64,000 nucleotides of DNA from Camelus dromedarius (taxonomy: Eukaryota), in NCBI RefSeq assembly GCF_036321535.1, contig NC_087437.1, positions 40,674,001 to 40,738,000 on the forward strand, given 5' to 3'. Position 1 is the first letter of the stretch, and every line of letters begins with the position of its first letter. A program made the position numbers and the translations under genes. Below the pieces are notes generated by a model that ran no database searches, had not been told where the DNA came from, and saw nothing but the letters and a program-made list of their open reading frames with translations. This document shows positions 1 to 14,254 of the stretch, piece by piece.

Positions 1-147
1 TTTCTATTAGAATTTTTAGGAAAAAAATGAGAATAGTTTGAGACCCCATTTTCTACCTTGAAAAGCCCATGAAGGCTCAGGGCCTGGAACACTGAGAACT
101 CAGGGCCTCGAACACAGAACCGTAGCCTTGGAGGCCAGGAGACATGA

Positions 148-310
148 GGGTTAAGAGTGAGCTCTGGGTTTAAATCCTGCCTCCACCTCTATGAGCTGTG
201 TAACCCTGGACCAGCTACTGAGCCTCTTTGTGCCTCAGCTTTCTCTTCTATGAAACCATGAGAGTATTGTACCTATACCATGGGTTTGCTGTGAGGAGGA
301 AATGAGATAA
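148..310 (+). mobile_element. MIR SINE; representative of many degenerate MIRs (e.g. ~7.1, 7.8, 17.4, 21.3, 22.8, 33.7, 36.4, 37.2, 40.7, 46.5 kb)
   Basis: GGTTAAGAG..CTGGGTTTAAATCC..GCTGTGTAACCCTGG..GTGCCTCAGCTTTCTC core. Confidence 0.8.
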
Positions 311-311
311 G

Positions 312-489
312 CAGTGGTTCTCAACCTAGCTGCACCTGGAAGGTCACCTGGGAAGTTTTGGAACAATCCTGATACCTGAGCCTCCTGCCTGGAGAGTCTG
401 ATTTAATTACTCTGCAGTGTGACCCAAACATAGGCATTTTTAAAGCTTCACAGGTGACTACAGTGGTCAGCCAAGGCTGAGAATCCCTG
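312..489. mobile_element. MER5-type hAT MITE
   Basis: CAGTGGTTCTCAACC...GGCTGAGAATCCCTG termini; internal TCACCTGGGA/CAGGTGA. Confidence 0.8.
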
Positions 490-1760
490 AGATCAGGAAC
501 GTTAAATCTCTTGATGCATGTGCTCTACCGCCAACTCTGGCCATATTGTGGCCGGGCCCCTGGGGGCCCCTGGGTTACGCACCCTCCTTCCACGCCCCGA
601 TGTCCTCTTGGGTGGCTCTAGTCTCTTTGACTTTGCAAACCTTGCGGGCATCTGCCGGGCTGTTCGCTTAGAACCACAAGGTGAAGCTTGCTTTCTGCTC
701 TGGTGCTTGAGGGATCCTGCTCCCTTTTGAATGTGAAGTGTGTCTTTTTAAGCTTGGATTTCTCCCTCCTTGTCTCAAATGACTCTCTCCCCTCCCCCTT
801 CCCCCTGTGAAATCAACTTTCCAGGAGCCAAAGTAAGCAGAGATTTATAGTTCTAATTGGTAGTAAATCCTGGAGTTAATCATTTGCAGATGTAGCTATT
901 ACTTCTCAAATAGCAACTTCATTTTTCTGACTATAGATCTACTCTTTCTTGTCTGGGGGTGGGGAGTGGCCACAGCGCATAGTTATTATCCTTGTATAGA
1001 ACAAGGCACCAAATTAAGGTCTCTTCTAAAAGGTCCAGTATGCTGCTTCTTGGAGAATGTCTCTGTTGGAAGCACATTTGAGATCTGAGAATAAATTTCA
1101 GAAGACCAAGTTTATCATCAGGCACACACCTCCATTTGCCCAGGTTTTCTTTCTTGCTGGCTTTTCTCCTAGACATCCAGGCAGGTGCCAAAGCTTGCCT
1201 TCTCTTCCTGCTTGGTATCTATTATATCAATTCTTTCCTCTTTGATCTCCTTCTCAGACCCTATTTATAAGACTTACTTCCCTACTAAGCTTAATACCAT
1301 TTTCTTCTTTCCCCCTTGTCCCTAACTTCTCTCCTCTGTACTACACAGGTCATCATTCAAGCACTGCTTTGACGTCTGTTCTGACAAACCTTCCTCTGCC
1401 CCGACCAGGTATTGGGGTATCAGGTAGATTGATTTATGGGAATTCTCTGAGAGCCTTTGGTGTGATTATGCATAAAATAATTGCTATTTAGAGCTGGAAA
1501 AGAGCCTCTGTCATTTATCTATCTGACTACCTTCATTTTACAGAAGAAGAAATGGAAGCTGGGAAAGACTAAGTCACTTGAGTGGCTCTGAGAAGGGCAA
1601 CCCCAGCATTCCGTGTGGACAGAGGAAAGGCTCTAGCACGTCCAACCTTCCACCGCGCCCCCGCCCCGGCTGGGCCATGAACTGTGCCTAGTGCAGTAAA
1701 TATTCAGTATGAGGTTAGGTCTTATTTTTGGAGTGGCTGGGCCTGAAAGGAACACGAGTA

Positions 1761-1792
1761 TGTGTGTGTGTGTGTGTATGTGTGTATATGTG
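1761..1792. repeat. (TG)n microsatellite, imperfect; others at ~23592-23631 and ~51875-51895
   Basis: TGTGTGTGTGTGTGTGTATGTGTGTATATGTG. Confidence 0.9.
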
Positions 1793-4700
1793 TCTGTGCA
1801 CAAATGTGTCGACTGTGATTACTTTGGGAAAGCAGTCCATGGAAAACTGCCACATAAATATTTATGGGCGTTTTAATGTTTGCTCTGAGCCCCCTACAGT
1901 TTCAAAGGTGTGTTATTCTGTCTTCAAAAATGCATTTCAAATATGAGTGCTATGAGCCAAGGAGGAACTGTGTGCCTGCAGCCCGACAGAACGGGTCGCT
2001 GGCCAGACAAACGCAGCTCCTGGGTCTTGACATCCTGTCTGCCTTCATCCCTCTTGCTGGCCTTTGAGTCAACTCAGGAAAGTGGTGTGTGGTAGAGAAG
2101 AATTGGAGACAAGGAAAAATGGAAGGGGAACAAATGAAGGGAGGGAGGGAAGCAGAGGAGAGAGAGAGAAGAGAGACAAACATGTATTACCATCTGTCAC
2201 ACATCAACAAGGGCTTTGTGTCAGAGGAGTAAACAGAGCCGCTAAAAGCCTGCTGTGTAGAAGCAGGGTGTTTTGTTTCTGCTACTTTTTTCAGTTGGCT
2301 TAGAGAACTAGCATGAGGTAGTTTCTGAAAAATCTGTGGGGATTCTGGGAATCCTGAATCATCTGAACTAGACTTCACCCAGCGCCTCTGGTGCTGAGGT
2401 CCTAGGATGATGCATCACATCATTATGTCGTACCTTTCTCCCAAAATGTTCTGCAAATGTTATTTTGTTTAGACTCCTCCTAGCCTGTTTGGGAATGGTG
2501 TGTGTGTGTGTTGGGGGTGGGGGAGGTTATGATTATATGCATTACACAGGCAGGAAACTTGGGGCACAGGACAAAATACAGAATTTTCCACAGCTGCAGT
2601 TAAAACCCTTCTGGGTCCCTCCATGTCCTAATCCAGGGTACTTCCAGCTGTTATTTCTCCCATCTACCAGGGGTGGCTGTGAGGTAGAGATTGATCAGAA
2701 ACAATTTTGCTTGAATTTACTTTTGAAGAATTCAAAACTTACAGAGGTGGAGAGACTTGAATAAAGAAGGCCCTCTACTCATCACTCGCCCCCTCCCCTG
2801 CCCCTTTCTCTTTAGCTCATTTTGAAATAAATCCCTTGCATCCTGTTTCATCTGTAAATATTTTAGTATCTAACTCTAAAGTAGACCCCTTTAAAAAACT
2901 TAGTATCATTATCACATCTAAAAACAAATAATGATTCCTTAATATCATCTGCTATCCAGCAGCATTAAAATTTCCCTGAATTTTATACAGGTGGAGATAA
3001 ACTCTTCACCTTTTGAGGCTATACACTTATTCCAGTGATGCTATCATTGCTTGAAATAGTTTTTGGACCCTGTATTTAGGTTGTTGCTGGGATTGGCACC
3101 ATATCTTTTGTAAACCTTTACAGATGGTAAAGTTTTATCTTTTGAGAGTGGACTTACTTTTGGCATAAGCCAGAAGTCAAGAATAAGCCTCAAGAATAAG
3201 ATGGCTAATTGGTAAATAATATTATTTATTCTATTTGATTATTTAATTCTCCTATTCCTTAAAAACTTAGATCTACTGTTTTGTAGTTACACATCTGATG
3301 TTTGAAAAACTTAAAGTCAAGTATGATGTTAAAAATCAAACAGGAATCAGCTTTTGTGCTGAGCTGGGTCATGGAGGCCCCCCTGCTGGACTGGAGTGAT
3401 TTTTTTAGTTGATGGATCATGAACAGTAGGGGACACTCAAGGCAGCAACTAGTTAGCAGCAGGCACAGAAGTGTTTCAATATTTTAACAACCAACACTGC
3501 TTGACTGGGCACCTGCTAATGGCCATGAGTCACGTGAGAGGCTGTTTGCGTTGAAGGGAAATATTCAAAGGGAGGCCCTGGCTTCTTTTCCAGGCCAAAG
3601 TTCTTCAGTGGAGAATGTGCCTGTGAGAGGTTTGGGTTAGATAAGATGAAGAATCATGCCTTCAGCAATTGAATGGGTTTTCTTTATGTGACAGAACACC
3701 TTGTGATTGGAAAGCCCTTTATAGAAACGCACTTTCTCGTCCATCATCCCAGAGAAGTTAAGAACTGCACCATACACCAGTGATAAAAATGGCACTGGAA
3801 CTCACATCTCTGGAGTCTGGATGGAGGGCTGCTCCCATCCCACCCAGTGGCCTCCGGGGAGGGTTTAAGGTTGCCAAGCTGCCTTCAGTGCCAGGCACCC
3901 CAGCATCAGCTGGAAAAATGCCTGCTTATTCCCCCAGTGTTGGTGCATCCTGTGCAAATTAAGCAAAAGACCTCAAACCTATAAGTGAGAGGGGTAGGGT
4001 AGTGGGCCCTCTAGATCATATGGGAAAAATCCTAGAATAAAAATTCAGTTTGGAAAAGAGGCTGAGTGACCTGGTGCTTGACAAATTTCCAACCCTGCAG
4101 GCACAAGCTCAGGTTGTGAAGCAGGTTCCTGATCTCTGGAGTCCCCCAGGAGCTTTCTGTCCTCTGCCCGTGGCTCCACGCTCAGGGCAGCTGGGCCAGA
4201 AGAGGTGGGCCACCTGACCTCCGGCTGGGTGGAGCTGTCTCTTCCTGGGGCGTGCTTTCCAGCAGGAAGCCCTGCCCGCTGCAGATAACTGAGGCACTTT
4301 GTTATGTCCAGAGGTTTTTTTAAATTTATTTTTTATTTTTACTACTCTGGGATCAACTTTCCAAAACAGACACTTGCTTATGCAGAAATGAAGACTGGAC
4401 GGTAATGAGAAGGTAGCCTCCCATCCAGCACAATCCCCACCAACTCCCACTCTGCTGGTTATTTTTTAAATACCACCACAAGCCCTGTTGATTGTAATAA
4501 CATTAAGGTTTGTTTAATACGGCGTGGCCAGGAAGAGCAGGCTCAGGATGGAATGGGGACCAGGGGAGCTTCTTTCCTGGCCCTGCAGCTGATCTAACAT
4601 AAAGTCACCTTCTCTATGCCTCAGTTTCCCATCTGCAAAATGGACCTGGCGACCCTTATTTTATTTGAGGAGTATAATGCCTGTAAGACAGAATGCAGTC

Positions 4701-6365
4701 CTGTTAAAGAATATGAAAAAGTCCAGCAATCCAAGCTAGCAATCCCACTTCTAGCTCAACAGAAGCCCAAGGGTAATGTGTTTGCGTGTCCACCAAAAAC
4801 ATGTACAAGAATGCTGATAGCTGCTCTGTTCGTACTGGACACATGCTAAATGTCCATGGACACCAGAATGGATAAATCCACTGTGGTACATTGACACAGC
4901 GGAAGGCTAGACCACAAGGAGAATGAAGAAACTAAAACTACAAGCACAATATGGGTGAATCTCGCAGAGGTAATGTTGAGGGCAGGAAGCCCATAGCCCA
5001 CTCTTTCCTGGCTTTTCTCTTCTGGGTGCACCACACATGCCTGCTCCAGGGCGTTCACTGTGATGTGCCCCTTTTCCTTCTCAGCTGCCACTGGGTGCAG
5101 GGCCATGGGTCACTCTGCCCCCTCCTCCCCAGGCATCTTCCTGTCTAGCCCAGCACCCTGCCAGCCTGCAGCCTCCACAGGGTTCACTGACATCCCCCCT
5201 CCTTCTTGGAATCACCCTGACCCTGTTGCCACCCTCATCCTGGCCTCCATGATTTTTCTGAGTGTGACTTTGATGTTGAACCTGCCAATTGTTTTCTCGT
5301 CTCCTAAAAGGAGAATTTCACACTTAGGTACGGAACATGTCTTGGTGCCCTCTCCAGTCTCAATTCATGGCCCCCTTCTCTCCCTCCTCTTCCTATCATC
5401 ACAATGGCTGTTTTGAGTCAATTTCCAATAGGATTTCAGATGAGCACTCAGGCATAGACCATAAAGTGTGCCTTCTCTGTGGGATATTTATGTTTTGGTG
5501 TAGGATTTATGAGATCCATTGCCCAAATCACAAGTCCTATCTGTCCTCTAAAGCTATAGACAAGAATTTGTTTTCCTCAAGGGACTGAAAAAATTCCGAT
5601 GAAAACTTGGCAGCACCCAAGGTAAGGGTGCCTGTGAGCTGGTCTAAATGATGGTTAATTTACAGTAAAGGCCCACAGGGACCAGTAGACCTGGCAGATG
5701 ACTGGAAAACACCATCGTGAAGTATTCTCACTGGTCCCTGCTAGTTTCATATTCCCTGAGACTCTGCCCAACCCGTTGAGGTGTTCTTTTACAAAACTGC
5801 ATCATCTAAGAGAAGGAAATGAAGGCTGCTTTGTGCTCATTTTGTTGGGATTATTAAACATTTGGTATTTGTGTTATTTCTCTTGTTTGAAGGAAGAGAA
5901 ACAAGTGCTGGGTAGTCTTGTTGGGACTGTGCCTCGTTTTACTCTGTGAGTTGTGCTCTTCTGAAGGTCAAGAGCTTAGCAAAACATTGTTACAAAAATG
6001 CTGTAATTAAGATTCATTTAGAGGAGGTTGGGGGGAAATGTGTCTTAGAAGATTATAAAGTTATGACTCAGTCTAACCATGTAAATCTTAACAAAAAAGT
6101 AGCTGGTGTTTCACAAAAAGCTCCATTTAGAAATCTACTGTTCTCCCCAGAAAATTTATGTTATAAATAGATTAAAAAGAAAAACCTGACATTTTGGAAG
6201 CTCAGAAGTATAGTGATGGGATATTTATTCTATAAGATTATCAAAGATTTTGTAAGCTAATTTGGAGTTGTGGGGTGGATGTATTTTATATATGCCAAAA
6301 TAGGGAGTTTTGTGGTTAAATTATCTGCCCTGCTTGCTAATATCTTCTTATTCTTCTCTCTAGAT

Positions 6366-6710
6366 CAGTGGCTGTCAAGTTTGAGCAAGCATCAGAATTA
6401 CCCGGAGGGCTTGTTAGAACCTAAATTGCCCCCGGGGATTCTGATTCTGTCTGTAGTTCTGAAATTGTCTTTCTAACTGTTTCCATGTAATATTGATGCT
6501 GCTGGTCTGGGACCACAGTTTGAGAACCACCATTCTATATCATTGTAAATCTGGCTGCTCATTAAAATTACTTAGGGGAGCTTTCAAACTACCCAGTGCT
6601 TGGCCATGCCAGATAAATTGAACCAGGATGTCTCTCTTGGGGAATACTGGGCAGAGAACGTTTCAGAAGCAACTCAGGTAATGCTGATGTGTAGTCAGGG
6701 TTGAGAATCT
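6366..6710. mobile_element. Two adjacent MER5-type MITEs (~6366-6531 and ~6545-6710)
   Basis: CAGTGGCTGTCAAG...TTTGAGAACCAC, followed by a second copy ending CAGGGTTGAGAATC. Confidence 0.7.
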
Positions 6711-9700
6711 TTATTCCAGCAAAACTGACCCCTACACCAAAGATCGTGATACCAGAGCAGTTAGCAGCTGGCGGCGGGGTGCTTGTTGAACTGCAGGCTC
6801 CGGTGCCCTCTGTCTGGCCAGCTCAGGCTGCAGGGTGGCGTGCTCCCATGTCAGGGAGTATCAGTTTCTGTATCAGAGCCAGTTTGAAGTCTGTGCTATC
6901 GGCAAGATTACAAAAGGTTCTCTGGGAGTTTTCTTCTGCCTGATAACTGGGAAAGCAGCCTGAGTCAGAACAGGTTCACACTGTACTTTGGCATGTGATA
7001 GCTAGTCTGGGGGACAATGAATCATTTTAGATTTTTAAAGAAAGGCAGGAAATAAATAGTTTTTATTGCTTTCCCCGATACTTTCTTATTTAATCCCCAA
7101 ACAGCAACCAGATCAAGGCTAGTAGAATTATCTGCATTTTTACAGATGAGTTCACTTAACTAAGGAGAACTTCCCAAGGTCACAGGGAAGTGGCAGAGCT
7201 GTGATTTGAGCTTGGGGCTGTCTGACTCCAAAGGCAAGGGCCCCTGCCACGTCACCACTTTTGCAAAATTCATCTCGTGCTCCAGAAACATAGATATTAT
7301 GCAAGACTGACTACATAGTTTTTGAGTCCCAGTGTAAAAGGAAACCATGGGGCTTCTTGTTAAAAAACTGTTGGGGATTCACGAAGACAGCACCAGAGCA
7401 TCAGACCAGATGTGAGGCCCTGTGTGACTGCACAGGTCATCCACCCGTGAAGCCAGCTCTGATGTTATGTGTTAATCTGCACAGACTACATATCAAACAC
7501 TCTGAGCAAATAGGAAGATCTGCTCAGAGGCACTCTGGTGGGAAGGTAGGAGCCCCAGGTCTGAGCCTGGAGCTTCTGGATTGTAGTAATAGCCCTGTGC
7601 ATAACTTTGTGTTATTCCTGTTGACCTTGAGCATGGTACTTAACCTCTTGGAGGTCCAGTTTACTTATCTATAAAATTGAGAGAGGGAGAAGTGAGGAAG
7701 TGGTGGACCATGTCAGTGTTTCTCAAACTCTGATATATTTCATTTTTATACCACATTTTTAGTACAGTTGCTGTGATCGTGGACTCTGGACCACACCACC
7801 TGAATTCTAATTTGGTTTTGCTATATTCTAACTGTGTAGCCTCAGTCAAGGGCCTCAGTTTCTTCATCTGTAAAATGGAGATGGTTGTGAGGGTTAAATA
7901 AGTTAATACATGCAAAGCCCTTGGAATGATGGCTGCTATATAATGAGTGCTATAGTGTTAATGATTACTTTGACTCATATGGCACCTGTACTAGCACTAA
8001 TATTTTTTCTTTAATTTGATTCACTTTTAAAATTTAAAAATAATTGCTAGATTCATGTGAGTGTGCATATTTTTCTAGTATATGTGAAAGGGTATAATAA
8101 CTATATTTTAAAAAGTTCATTCATATACTGTCTCAAATCAGTCCAGATACTAACAATGGAATGGTCACCACCCTGTGGGTAACATTGTGCTAGGTGCTGA
8201 AGGCTTCTTCTAGTCTAAATAGTCCAGGAGCAGATGAATAAATGCATGTGTATTTGTATCTGTGCCTTCATTCATTTGACAAATACATGACTCTAATATT
8301 TCCAATCACTTCATTTTCTACCCATAGAGGAATATTCCTATTGTTTAGCTTCTTGTTCCAGTGAAAAAAATGTTTAAACAGAAAAGAGGGATTGTGAATA
8401 AATCTTATAAATGCTTCGAACTTTGACGAGTCAGTGGGGTCCTTTCAAGAGATCCCTTAAAGACTAACAAGGGATGAGGCTTAGAGTAGTGAAAAATTGG
8501 TACAAAATGCTTACAGGAAGGCATAGTATGGCCTTCAGAGGTGAAGAATTTGCTGGGAGACATAGGCCCTTTCCTTTGAGTACCATGTTTTCCCCTTACT
8601 TCCCCCTACCTAAATCTTATCTTATAGGCTCAGTTCAAATTCTACCTCTTCAAAGGCCTTTCTGGCTATTCTGGCTGGAAGTTTCCTTTTTCTCATCTGA
8701 AGGGTGCTTTATAATCATAGAGAAGTGTTGTTAAGCACGAGCTGTGTTCCAGGCACAGTGGTCACCATGCTGAACACCCATATCCCTGACCTCAAGGAGT
8801 CAGTAGGCTACAACTCAATGCGTCTGTACTGCCAATTCATGTGTATTTGTCTTGCCTCCCTTAAGGCAGGGTTACTTATTCCTTGCTCTTATATTCCTCA
8901 AAGCACCTAAGGACCCTCTTTAACTAAGTATTTGTTATTGGAGATTCCAGGGAAATACAAAAATAGTAACTAAGGAAATTTAAAATTAGTCTTCCCTTAA
9001 ACATCCCTCTCAAGTTATCATGAGCGCCAATCCCCAGACTTTTCATTAACATCAGTGATTGTCATATATGATAAACATGTAATGAGAATATAATATAAAT
9101 TTATCCCCAAGGAAAACTAGAAATCTTGGGAAAGATACAGGACTTCCTGAAGGCAATGAAAGTGAGTTTAGAGAAAGCAACTGCAATTCACTCAAAGCTG
9201 TGGACGTTGAGGACCTGGCAGAGTCCTACCAGTTATCAACAGAAGAAGAGAAAATCAACAAGGATGATGTTGTGCTGGGTACTTCCCAACAGAATAACTG
9301 GAATATCAAAGGATGAAGAAAGACCTTGGGAAAAGTGAAAAACTCTTGAATATTTTGTAAAAGTCAATAAAAAGTTAGGGCTGTTAAATGGTGCCATAAT
9401 GTAATTTTGTCAAAAAATTGTGCCAAAAACCCCATACTTATCTCATACTTTGCTCATTTAAAAATATGGAATGATTGCTGTTCTAATTTAATTTTGTCAA
9501 ATGCAAGATAAATACAATTTTTCATAATTTTTAGTTTGTCATAATTTTTAGTTTCTATAGATTCCAATCAGCCTTTCCCACCCTCACTTTTATATGTTAT
9601 TTTTTTCCTTTTTAAAAGATGTGGATTCATTTTCAAGTGGACTTTTTATAGTACTAATTATCCACAAGGAGAATGTCCAGTAATAGTATAATAGTATTCA

Positions 9701-9931
9701 ATGAAGTGATGGATTGATCAGTATCATTCTTCAGAACCAACAACCAAGATCGTAACAGGCAGAAAGGGCACAATTGGCTTTTTTGACTCTGAAGCAGAAA
9801 GGAAAGATCCACAGAATCAGCAAGATTTCTCTTGGAATGGAGATGCCCAGTCCAGCTAGGAGGTGATTTTGGGATAAGCCTGTTTATGGCCTTAAAAGGG
9901 AATGCTCAAGGTTCCAAGGGAAGTTGCTTAC

Positions 9932-10809
9932 CCACAAAGCACCAGACTGCAAACCGGATCCATGTGATGGTGGAGAGCTTTAGCATGAGATATATATTCA
10001 CCAGCATGGCAAAGGAAGGCACAAAGGGGAGACAAGGGGCCATGTAGGGCAGCTTCTTGGGGTTCTCTGGCTGCTGCAGGATCACAAACACCAGAGCGCT
10101 GATCAGCAGCACCATCAGAACAACCAGAAGGATGGCCCACCAGCTCTTCTCTGAGATGTAGTCGGAACCAAAGATGATGAAGGAGCAGAAGATGAACATG
10201 AGGATGAAGAGCAGGAGCACACAGACAGTCACTGTGTGCCCCGTGGCTGCTGTGGGCCGGTCCATCTTGCCTGGAAGGCCCAGCTGGATCCTCATGGTGT
10301 AGTAACGGGGCCCAATAAGCTTCTTTAACTTGATGAGATAAATGTTTTCAGATTCGTCAGCTTCTATGCCTGTGGTCATGTCCACGGTGCCGTAGTTGGG
10401 GTGGTTGACATTGTAGGTTGACTTGTCTGATTTCCCAATGAGCATCTCATTGTCTCCCAAAGATGGTAAGTTCTTGGCTCCACATGTGTTGGTGGCTGGG
10501 CCGGAAAATTCTTCCCCTTCACTCATAGGAGAACAAACTTCCTTCTCACAGTCAGCCAGAATGCCCTCCTTCTTCTTTGTGTGCTCCTCAGACAAGAACT
10601 TGACAAAGCCATCAATGTCACTCTCTGGTTGGTATCGAAGGAGCAAGACGCAGACAGAGACCAAAGTGTAGGCGAGGAGGGTGCCGATGGACATCATCTC
10701 AATCAAGTCTCTCAGGCTGACTAATAGGGAGAGAAGGGCTGCCAGGAACCCTGACACGATGCAGGCCACCACTGGGGTCTCTGTGTAGGAGCTCACATGA
10801 GCCAGGAAC
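9932..10809 (-). CDS. SLC7A14: SLC7A14 large coding exon (878 nt; RFLAHVSSYTETPVVACIVSG...large hydrophilic loop...LMLKLSTITWIRFAVWCFV/G)
   Basis: Acceptor CTTCCTCCAG|GT, donor TGG|GTAAGC; phase 2-1; matches ORF 9906..10796; the terminal coding exon is not seen in the window. Confidence 0.97.
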
Positions 10810-11692
10810 CTGGAGGAAGAGGCAAGCAGAAGGTTAACAGTGGGCTATGCACGGTGATAGATTCAGCATGGCTTAACACCCCCTGGTCCTGCTTCTCCAG
10901 TTTACTTCTGGAACCACTGCTTTAAGTACAGCTGCTATTCCTACCCCAGGCTTTGGTTCCTGGAATATAATTTAGAGAATTCCCTTTAATTCCTTGGTTT
11001 TGAGACAGACTTCTTTATTAAAGTTCCTACTTCATTATGTAGTATGACAGATTGATTGATTCTAGGAGGTATTTCAGAAATCTAAATTGAAGCCCAGGCT
11101 TTGCTCTGAAAAAAGGGTAGTTGGAGAAGTCATACAGTTTCTTGGAGGTCCTCTATACCTGTGTTACCCAAAAGTGTGGTCCACAGATCAGCAGCGTCAG
11201 CATCACCTTGGAGCTTGTTAGAGAGAGGTATTTTCAGTGACTGTTGCTACTAATAGGTTCTGTTCAGAGGGTTTTATTCTCTCTTTGATTGTAACTTCGA
11301 ACTTTTTCAACTTCAGAGGGACAGTTACCAGGCTTCAATGTGAGTGCAAGCCTCAGATGCCCCTGGGATGGGTTCTTCCTTCTGGAGGCCACCCAGTGCA
11401 GCATTTTGGTACCCATCATCTTTACAGAGGAGCACATGATGTCAAATAAGAGGGAAGCGGGTAGTTGGGAGAACATATCAGTGTGTGCTACATTGAGGGA
11501 CCCAGAATCAAACTGAGAGGCTGTTTTAGGACCTAAGCTAATTTCACTCAAATTCTTTGCGAAGACATTTGACAAGTCCCATGGTCTATGTGACAGACAC
11601 TCACATGAAAATTATAGTCAGGCTGACAGTGGGTAACAGTCCCTGGACGGGGATGGAAGAATAGAATAAATGTCATGGAGCATAGCCCTTAC

Positions 11693-11901
11693 CTGAAAAG
11701 GAGCCCATCACCAGCCATGGCATAAATGACCCTCGGCATTGGGAAGAGGGAGCCCAGCAAGCTGACTGTCAGTCCTGCAACTGACCCGATGGCCACTACG
11801 AATTTTGCAGCATAGAACCCATGAGCCACAAACATCTCCATGAGTGGGGATTCTGTGTCAATGGCGTAATATGGCACCATCAGAGTTAAGATCATGCTCA
11901 C
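11693..11901 (-). CDS. SLC7A14: SLC7A14 coding exon (209 nt; [12 protein letters not shown]...[24 protein letters not shown])
   Basis: Acceptor TTTTAACAG|GT, donor CAG|GTAAGG; phase 0-2; CAT motif [24 protein letters not shown]. Confidence 0.97.
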
Positions 11902-13800
11902 CTGTTAAAACAAGAGGAAACATGGTGGGAGGTGGAGAGGACTGAAGCATGGATGGGTGTCCCATAGGAGAGGAAAGAGGCCTGCACTGGAGCTCGGATC
12001 TGCCTCTTCTTGGCACCTGCCTTTACTTTAGAACAGTTATTTGGCCTCTGGAGCTCTTGGTCTCAGTATTTTCTCCCCACATGTGAATCTAGTGGATTGG
12101 GCCAGGTGATTACTAATATCTCCCTCTGGCCCTTTCACATCTGAGGAATAAATCTGCAGGTGTTTCAGCTTCATGAAAGCAGAGCTACACTGAGGGTTCA
12201 AGTAGATATTATCAGGTAGGAGGAGCTGCAGCCAAAGGCAGTGCAGCCAGGACCTGGCAGTGACCTTGAGCACCTTGCCCACATGGACAAGACTCGTTTC
12301 TTTTACACTTTCAGGGTCCCATGGGGTCTTATCCATACTACTTCTTACCCCAAAGGCCAGAGATCAAAACTCTGAAGATAAGTGCATAGTAGGGCCACAG
12401 CTGATTAACTGATGGGACTCATATTTCCATTCCCTCTCTGTAGCTCTGTCCCAGGAACCAGGCAGGCCAAGAAACAAATTATGGCATCAGGATGGAATCC
12501 AGTTCTACTCCGGGCTACAACACCACTATGGCTTTGCTTAATCAGGGCCTCTTTCTCTTCATATTTCATAGATCTGCCATAACATCCCTCCCTTCATAAT
12601 TGGCCCCAGGCAATGGAACCAGCAGTCATAAGGCCAGGTGCCCCCCCGGCCTGTGAAGGCCAATGCTGGCATCACAGAGGGAGTCCAGAGCTTGAAAAGG
12701 AGAGAGTGGTTCATTTCTAGATCACTTCTTTGCCTATATTCTCAAAAGCCAAGATCCTCCAGTGAAGCCATGGGCCACTGGGGAGGATGGCATGGACTGC
12801 CACAGGCAGCACTTTGGCTCTCCTGGTGGTAGAGCGGCAGCCTGCTGACCAACACGAGACCTGATCACTCCACGGCATGGTTATGGCCCGTATATTCTGA
12901 AAGGGAATCTGTCCTAGCAACGTCACCACTTGCAATGTCCCCTTTGGGGATGTTGGGGGGTACACTGGAGGAGAGTGGGATTGATTCTTACAGCAATTCT
13001 CATTGGGTCTCTTGCCTGCGTTAGATTAGGATGGGCCAAAATTTGGGTGCATAGACTACTCTAGTGTATAAAGCACTATTCTAGGGAAGGAATTGTGATT
13101 ATTAACGTCACTGTGTGTGCTGCAGTGCTTGACCCCTGCAGGAGGGGGCGTATGAGGGAGGAACAGCAGGGGAAATGCAGAAGAGAGTCTCTGCTGCCCC
13201 CAGCCCAGCTGTTCCTGATCACAGTCTGCAGAGAGAATCAGGGTTGGACGAGATGAAGCCGGTTGAGTGTGTGCATGGGGAGGTGATAACTGACCTAGCC
13301 GGAAACGTGGCCGGCGGCCCGCATGCAGCACTGCTCTCGTGTTTTCTTTTGGCTTCCAGGATAGTCCTGTTTGCCTTAGTGGTCCACTGGCCTGGCTTCT
13401 TCAGGCTGTTGCTAAAGGTTTTTTTTTTTGGTGGGGCTGAGGTGGATGTGCTGGGTGGGAAGGAGATTCTTGCCGCATGCTATGGCCGCAGGAACAGCAG
13501 GGCTGATAGGGCGCACCCTGGCTGGTGACTCTTTCCTAACTGTGGTGACTGAATGGGTGGGACCCCCAGGACTTGGGGGGATTTGTGTGACCACACTCCT
13601 GTTGGCTTACCAGCTGGTTCTTGCTGTTGCCAGGGGCTGAGGGGATGTTGGATGGGGCCGAACTATTTCTGTGAGAGATTCTGGGGTGGGAGCTGTGAGA
13701 TGACACATCAGAAGTGTGAGGAGTGTCTCAGGGGCGTGATCCTGAGGAGACAAGCCTGAAGGGTTCATTCTGAGGACTTCCCTTAGCAGGGAAACCTGAA

Positions 13801-14254
13801 GGGGTGAGCTTGAGCCAGTGTAAAAATACGGAGCAAGAGCAGGAAGACATTGCATCCCCCTGCCCCCTCCTAGACTTAGGGGAAGAGCACCTCTAGAGGA
13901 CGATGTGTTCCCTCCCTCCACTCTGGGAAAGCCTTGCCTCTTTGCTGCTGGGAAGCTCCCAGAAGACAGAGGAGCATTGAGGAAGGTGCACAGAGGCCCA
14001 CAATGCCTCTGCTCGCACACCCACCCGTTACTGCCAGCCTATGATCTGAGCTCCTTGGACGGCAGCCCACTCCCTGCACACTATCCCCTGGGCAGCAGCT
14101 GACACCAGGAGCCTTTGCAGAGGGAGGAATAGGGGCGCAGGCCCTGGCTGAAGTGAGGGCCTGAGGCTTCTCCCGTCTCCAGTTTGGAGCCCTGATTTTC
14201 TTCTTGTCCTCAGCGGGTGGGGTGAGCTTGAGCCAGTGTAAAAAGAGGGAGCAA
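13801..14254. repeat. Dispersed 36-bp direct repeat (13801-13836 and 14219-14254, 34/36 identical)
   Basis: GGGGTGAGCTTGAGCCAGTGTAAAAA(T/G)A(C/G)GGAGCAA. Confidence 0.9.

Noticed and set aside
9906..9931. Read-through of the large exon to a stop (…GKQLPLEP*) as the true C-terminus
   Set aside because: A good donor TGG|GTAAGC is present at 9932/9931 and the known SLC7A14 C-terminal region is missing, so the last exon is expected beyond the window; no nearby minus-strand AATAAA was noticed.
13138..13150. CTCF-like motif GCAGGAGGGGGCG (similar partial matches near 37416 and 58077)
   Set aside because: Mismatches in the core; cannot be supported without a matrix scan or ChIP data.
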